Assembly: GCA_054600435.1 (NCBI GenBank)
Contig: BAAIJX010000029.1
Location: 1-64,000 of the forward strand
Length of the DNA: 64,000 nucleotides
Source of the DNA: Neophaeotheca triangularis
Taxonomy: Eukaryota
Direction: 5' to 3'
This document shows, piece by piece, positions 60,151 to 64,000 of the stretch (position 1 is the first letter of the stretch; the number at the start of each line of letters is the position of its first letter). The notes under the pieces are model-generated. The model did no database searches, was not told the DNA's origin, and saw only the letters and a program-made list of their open reading frames with translations. The translations under genes were made by a program, and so were the position numbers.

Positions 60151-61728
60151 GTCGGCGACGGTGAGGGTGGCACTTGGTGTCTGAATGTGGACTGTACCGC
60201 TGTTTAAATATTCGATATGGTAGGTGCACGGGCGAGAAAAGAAAGGAATGTGGTGAAGAGGTGGTTTTTAGGAAGCTCGTTGGAAAGTTAAAGTCGCGTG
60301 GTGTGAACAAAGTGGAAGTGAACCACTAGAATTCAGCGTAAGCAAGATTAGCAGCTTCAACTTTTTCTGCTCCTACAAACGGCAAAGTGCCTCAGGCCGC
60401 GGCCTCGGAGCGGCGACAATTAACTTGACGAGGTTGTCGTCGGTCGATTATCCTTTCGAGTGCCTTGACTAGGTACCCGGGTCGTTTGAAAGTGAAACTG
60501 CCTTGTAACATGGCTACTCATCATACAGCGATGTCACCTTCTCAGCCACCTCTTCCTCTCCCTAACGTACGACTATACATACCTGCCAGTCATCTCCTAC
60601 CGGCGAGCATACATTACCTTCACGACATCAGCAACAACACAGGTCTTTCACTTCGAATTCCGGGCTCTTCAGGGAGACGATACAAGACCTATTGTTCCTA
60701 GTACCTCGATCGATGGGCTAATAGCCATTAAACTAAAATCTCGGGACCTCCAGTATTACGCTTAGCGTCGGCGACTCGATGGTCGCCATACGCGAACGAG
60801 AGCCCTCAAGGCCGTTCAACGTCCCTGGCGAGCCCTCTTCACACTTTTAAAACCGAGGAGGACACCTAAGCAGTGAGCGGCAGCTAAAGCTCCCTCTAGG
60901 TCTAGGGGCACGATATATCGTCTAGCATTCTGAGTTAGTATCATTTTCGGTGGTCAAGGCAACCTTAACAATTAGTAGTCTGCATGCACGACCAAGGACT
61001 ACTTGAAGCGGTGCCCAGGGAGTCTGGGCTACTGAGTCCATTAAGCAGCGGCTGCAGTGTAGCGGGAGGGTGTAGGGTGCACTTTCCCGGCAGCTCTGAG
61101 CTGGGGGTATATAGCCCCGTAGATCATTCGTCTCGCCGCGAACGTTTCCGGAAAGGGATGAACGGCCTCTCTTCCCCGCCGTCTTCACGCCCTAGAAAGA
61201 AAACTTTTTTTCTATCGTTTCTCGGCGGGATTGCTCCTTGGAAACTTGACACTAGGGCTCAAGCTGCGTTAGCAGAGCTCTAGCAACAAGTATTGTGTAA
61301 GCCAAGGGGTGTATGCCTTGCCAGGTGGGATTGACACCGAGTGTAAGAACCTAATGTTTAAGGGTCTCTTTTTCCTGCTTCGCGGCGGCTTTTCTCCTTC
61401 ACAATCCTGGCAAATGTTCTTCGCAGCGGTGGTAGCGATGATGACAGCCACTTCTACTGCAGCTCTCTGATCGTCTGTTCAGTACTCTTCCTCACTGGTT
61501 TCGGGGGTACAACAGGCAGAGGGGGACGAACAGCATCGTCATACTGAATCTTTGCTTCGGTGTAGAGAAAGGAAAGAAGAAAGCAAAAAAAGCAAAAATC
61601 AACGCTCGTCATCATCCCTCCAACACTGAGACCCGGCACACGCTCGCGCGCAGCACAACCCCGATCCCACTAGAGTCCAAACTCTAGCGCTCAATATTGA
61701 TAATGAATAACCCACTTTAAGGGATGTT

Positions 61729-61850
61729 TGACGGCGTCGAGATTCGAACGCACAGCTTTAAGTTTTTTCGTGTGTCTGAAGGAGCTCAAAGACCCATGAC
61801 CCTCGGCGAGTGAAACGAACTTCTAGATTGACCACTTGACCTGTAAGGTC
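61729..61850 (-). pseudogene. Degenerate intron-containing tRNA-like sequence
   Basis: The minus strand has an A-box-like AGGTCAAGTGG, a TTCGT/ACGAA anticodon-stem pair flanking an insert of ~40 nt, a B-box CGTTCGAATC, and 5'-GAC...GTCA-3' ends. The acceptor and T stems are largely mismatched. Confidence 0.4.
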
Positions 61851-63889
61851 GAGAGGGGAGCGCAAAATGCGGTATATGTAGTTTCCGTTAATGGTAGTTA
61901 GGGGGGAGCCGGTAGTGGTGAGTGCTTACTTAGTAAGGGGTTGGGCCGTACTTTCATTTCACCTTCACTTCTAGAGAAAAGTCTCGCCTAGGTCCTCTGC
62001 CGAGCTTGACGTTTCGACAACAAAGCACCGCAGCTCTTTCGCAAACACACCAGATCATCCCCGAAAGTGAGAGGGCAGAAGTGGAGCGGTATTGAGGACA
62101 TGCCATCTCGCACTTCTCGGCAAGTCCTTCTCTAGCACTTCCTGGCGTAATGAGTAGGCAGTGGATGGAACAGCTCTCTTACACCGCCTAGTTTCTAGTA
62201 ACCACGGAATCCAGGGGTAATGCATTTGCCGGGTGCGAATATATACGTCTCGTCACCAACTATTTGTGTAGTTTAGTCAGTCCAGCCCCTGTTAGTTAAA
62301 GTACATACACGACCTTTGCGCCTCGAACCTTAATACTAGAAGTTGACATATGCTTTAGAGATGCTCGAACACCTGTTTGGGCGAGTAATCACCACTCTAT
62401 CGAGCTCGGACCGCGGCAGACACCTTTTGTCGTACTAAGACCTACAAAGATTCGTTCGAAATGTGGTAGATGCTGCTTTATTGTGTATAATCTGTGTACT
62501 TTCGTGATTGGACTTGTGTTGAACGTAAAGGAGTATGTATTTTTGTGATGGGTTGCTGATCTACATACTAGCTAGCATGTAGCCAGCTAATTTGCCCGCT
62601 AAGGGTGCTGGCTTCAGATGAAGCCCTCAAGGCACTCAGCCTTCGGGCAAGCCGGCGGGGCAAATGCTCTTGCGCCTTTCGCTTCGTATCCTTGACCTAG
62701 GCAAAGGACATGCGGGTAGAGGTAAGAGCGAGGCCGAGCCATCGCATCGAGGATCTCCATATCTAGATGCAGGCCGCCAGCTTTGCCAACCCCGAAGGGC
62801 ATCACGGCACTTAGCCCGTCGTGAATGGGATGCCTGGCGCGCTGGCGAGGCGCGACAGACAAGATTCTCCGTGGTTTTCTTGATTCCCGAACCGGTTCAC
62901 CAGGCCTTCGTATAGCGCTGACTAAGCGAGGCTGGTGAGGCCGCGCTTGTTACCCATTTGCAGGGGGTTACGAGCAAGTCTGCAGCGCTAGCAGGTGTTG
63001 ATATTGTGGCTCATGACGAAATGAGGTAGGCGAAAAGGGCTTGTCTCATGGGTCTTTTTGATATTAGCATGTGAAGTTAGAAGTGGATGTCTACGTGGCA
63101 GTATCGCGGTCCAATATCACAGCACTAGTACAGGCGCGGATGGCACGGGGGGTTAAGGTATCCAGTCGTTCTTACAGTACCAGAGGGATTCCAAAGCCGA
63201 TACGATGAGCCGCTATACCAGAGGGTCACGATTATAATCGCGTGGGCCATGCCTCTATGTTCTTCTAGACTCCAGCTTGCTCGCTGAGGGTGGGAGTCCC
63301 GAAAGGTTCCACGACATTCAGCCTGTATGCAAGCTGGCGATTGTCGTGGAAGGTCCTCAGGTGCGCGAGGTCGAAGTTGCGCGGCAGACATGGCATGATC
63401 AAGTGCTACTAGTCGGAAGGTGTGAGTATTTAGTACCTATGTAACATTTTGAGATTTGAGCATGTAGTGTGATGAAGTGAAATGAAAGGATTGATTGCTC
63501 TCAGAGCTTGCTCTACCATACCAGCAGGCTGCGAAAGAGCACGAGGTAGACAGTGCTTGGAGGTCTCCACTGCTTTGAAGGCTGCTCCAAGGGGCTGCAA
63601 GCTTTGCTGTTGCAGTTTCATTTTAGTGGAAGTTCTTGAGGGAGTCCGAGTGAGCACGTCGCTAAGATGGTGATGTTCAGGTATGGCGGCTGAGCTTGGG
63701 CCTGCTTACATAATCCTCGCGGCCGACCTTAACTTACCTTAACTACCTGAGGCAGAAATAGGACAACATCAACACGACAATCACAACCCTCGACGCGATA
63801 ACTACAAGTAGGGCGCAAGGTGTGAAACGATTCCTCGGTGCGAATTCTTTTTGACTTCTTGAACATCTGCAGAGGCATCTTTCCCCATC

Positions 63890-64000
63890 ATGGCTACCGC
63901 CAACCCCAATGAGAAGCCCTGGCACGCCGCCTTCCCAGAGCCTAGATTAAAGGCGGATTACATGCCCGCAGAACGTATCATGATGCTCCATGCGATGGGT
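63890..64000 (+). CDS. 5' end of a probable rhodanese/Cdc25-fold arsenate reductase (Acr2-like), truncated by the window edge
   Basis: MATANPNEKPWHAAFPEPR...; PWHAA[FY]PxPR is the typical N-terminus of this fungal family. The frame is open to the end of the window. Confidence 0.6.
   Translation, partial: MATANPNEKPWHAAFPEPRLKADYMPAERIMMLHAMG

Noticed and set aside
61729..61850. Functional selenocysteine or opal-suppressor tRNA (TCA anticodon)
   Set aside because: The acceptor and T stems are mostly unpaired and the TCA register needs a poorer anticodon stem; it is kept only as a tRNA-like relic.
60200..63800. RIP-degraded transposon in the gene-poor right end
   Set aside because: The region is not markedly AT-rich and I could not identify terminal repeats or TE protein motifs.

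Overview
This is gene-dense filamentous ascomycete DNA. It has short GT-AG introns with CTRAC/CTAAC-type branch points, and the protein sequences suggest a Pezizomycotina fungus, possibly a Dothideomycete (inference). About 23 protein-coding genes can be supported. Most are ordinary: secretory monothiol glutaredoxin, MFS transporter, GliT-like oxidoreductase, HotDog thioesterase, MMS2, HAD hydrolase, PPN1, NAT1, Fpg, TVP38, Nrg1-like and Rdr1-like transcription factors, CFT1, an Rsc4-like bromodomain protein, TMEM256/DUF423, a GNAT, and the 5' end of an Acr2-like rhodanese. Three things stand out. (1) A Nug1/GNL3 homolog has lost its whole central GTPase domain in frame. (2) A manually reconstructed 5-exon gene encodes a ~1099-aa secreted protein with two astacin-like metalloprotease domains; each begins at a dibasic 'KR/RR-WH' site, both have identical intron positions, and the protein ends in a stub of a third repeat. 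(3) A tandem pair of highly diverged C2H2 zinc-finger genes shares exon structure and upstream motifs. Smaller oddities are a possible poison 3' splice site in the CFT1 intron, a degenerate intron-containing tRNA-like sequence, a C17/G17 inverted repeat and an intronic hairpin. All calls come from reading the sequence and recalled family motifs; no database searches were run.
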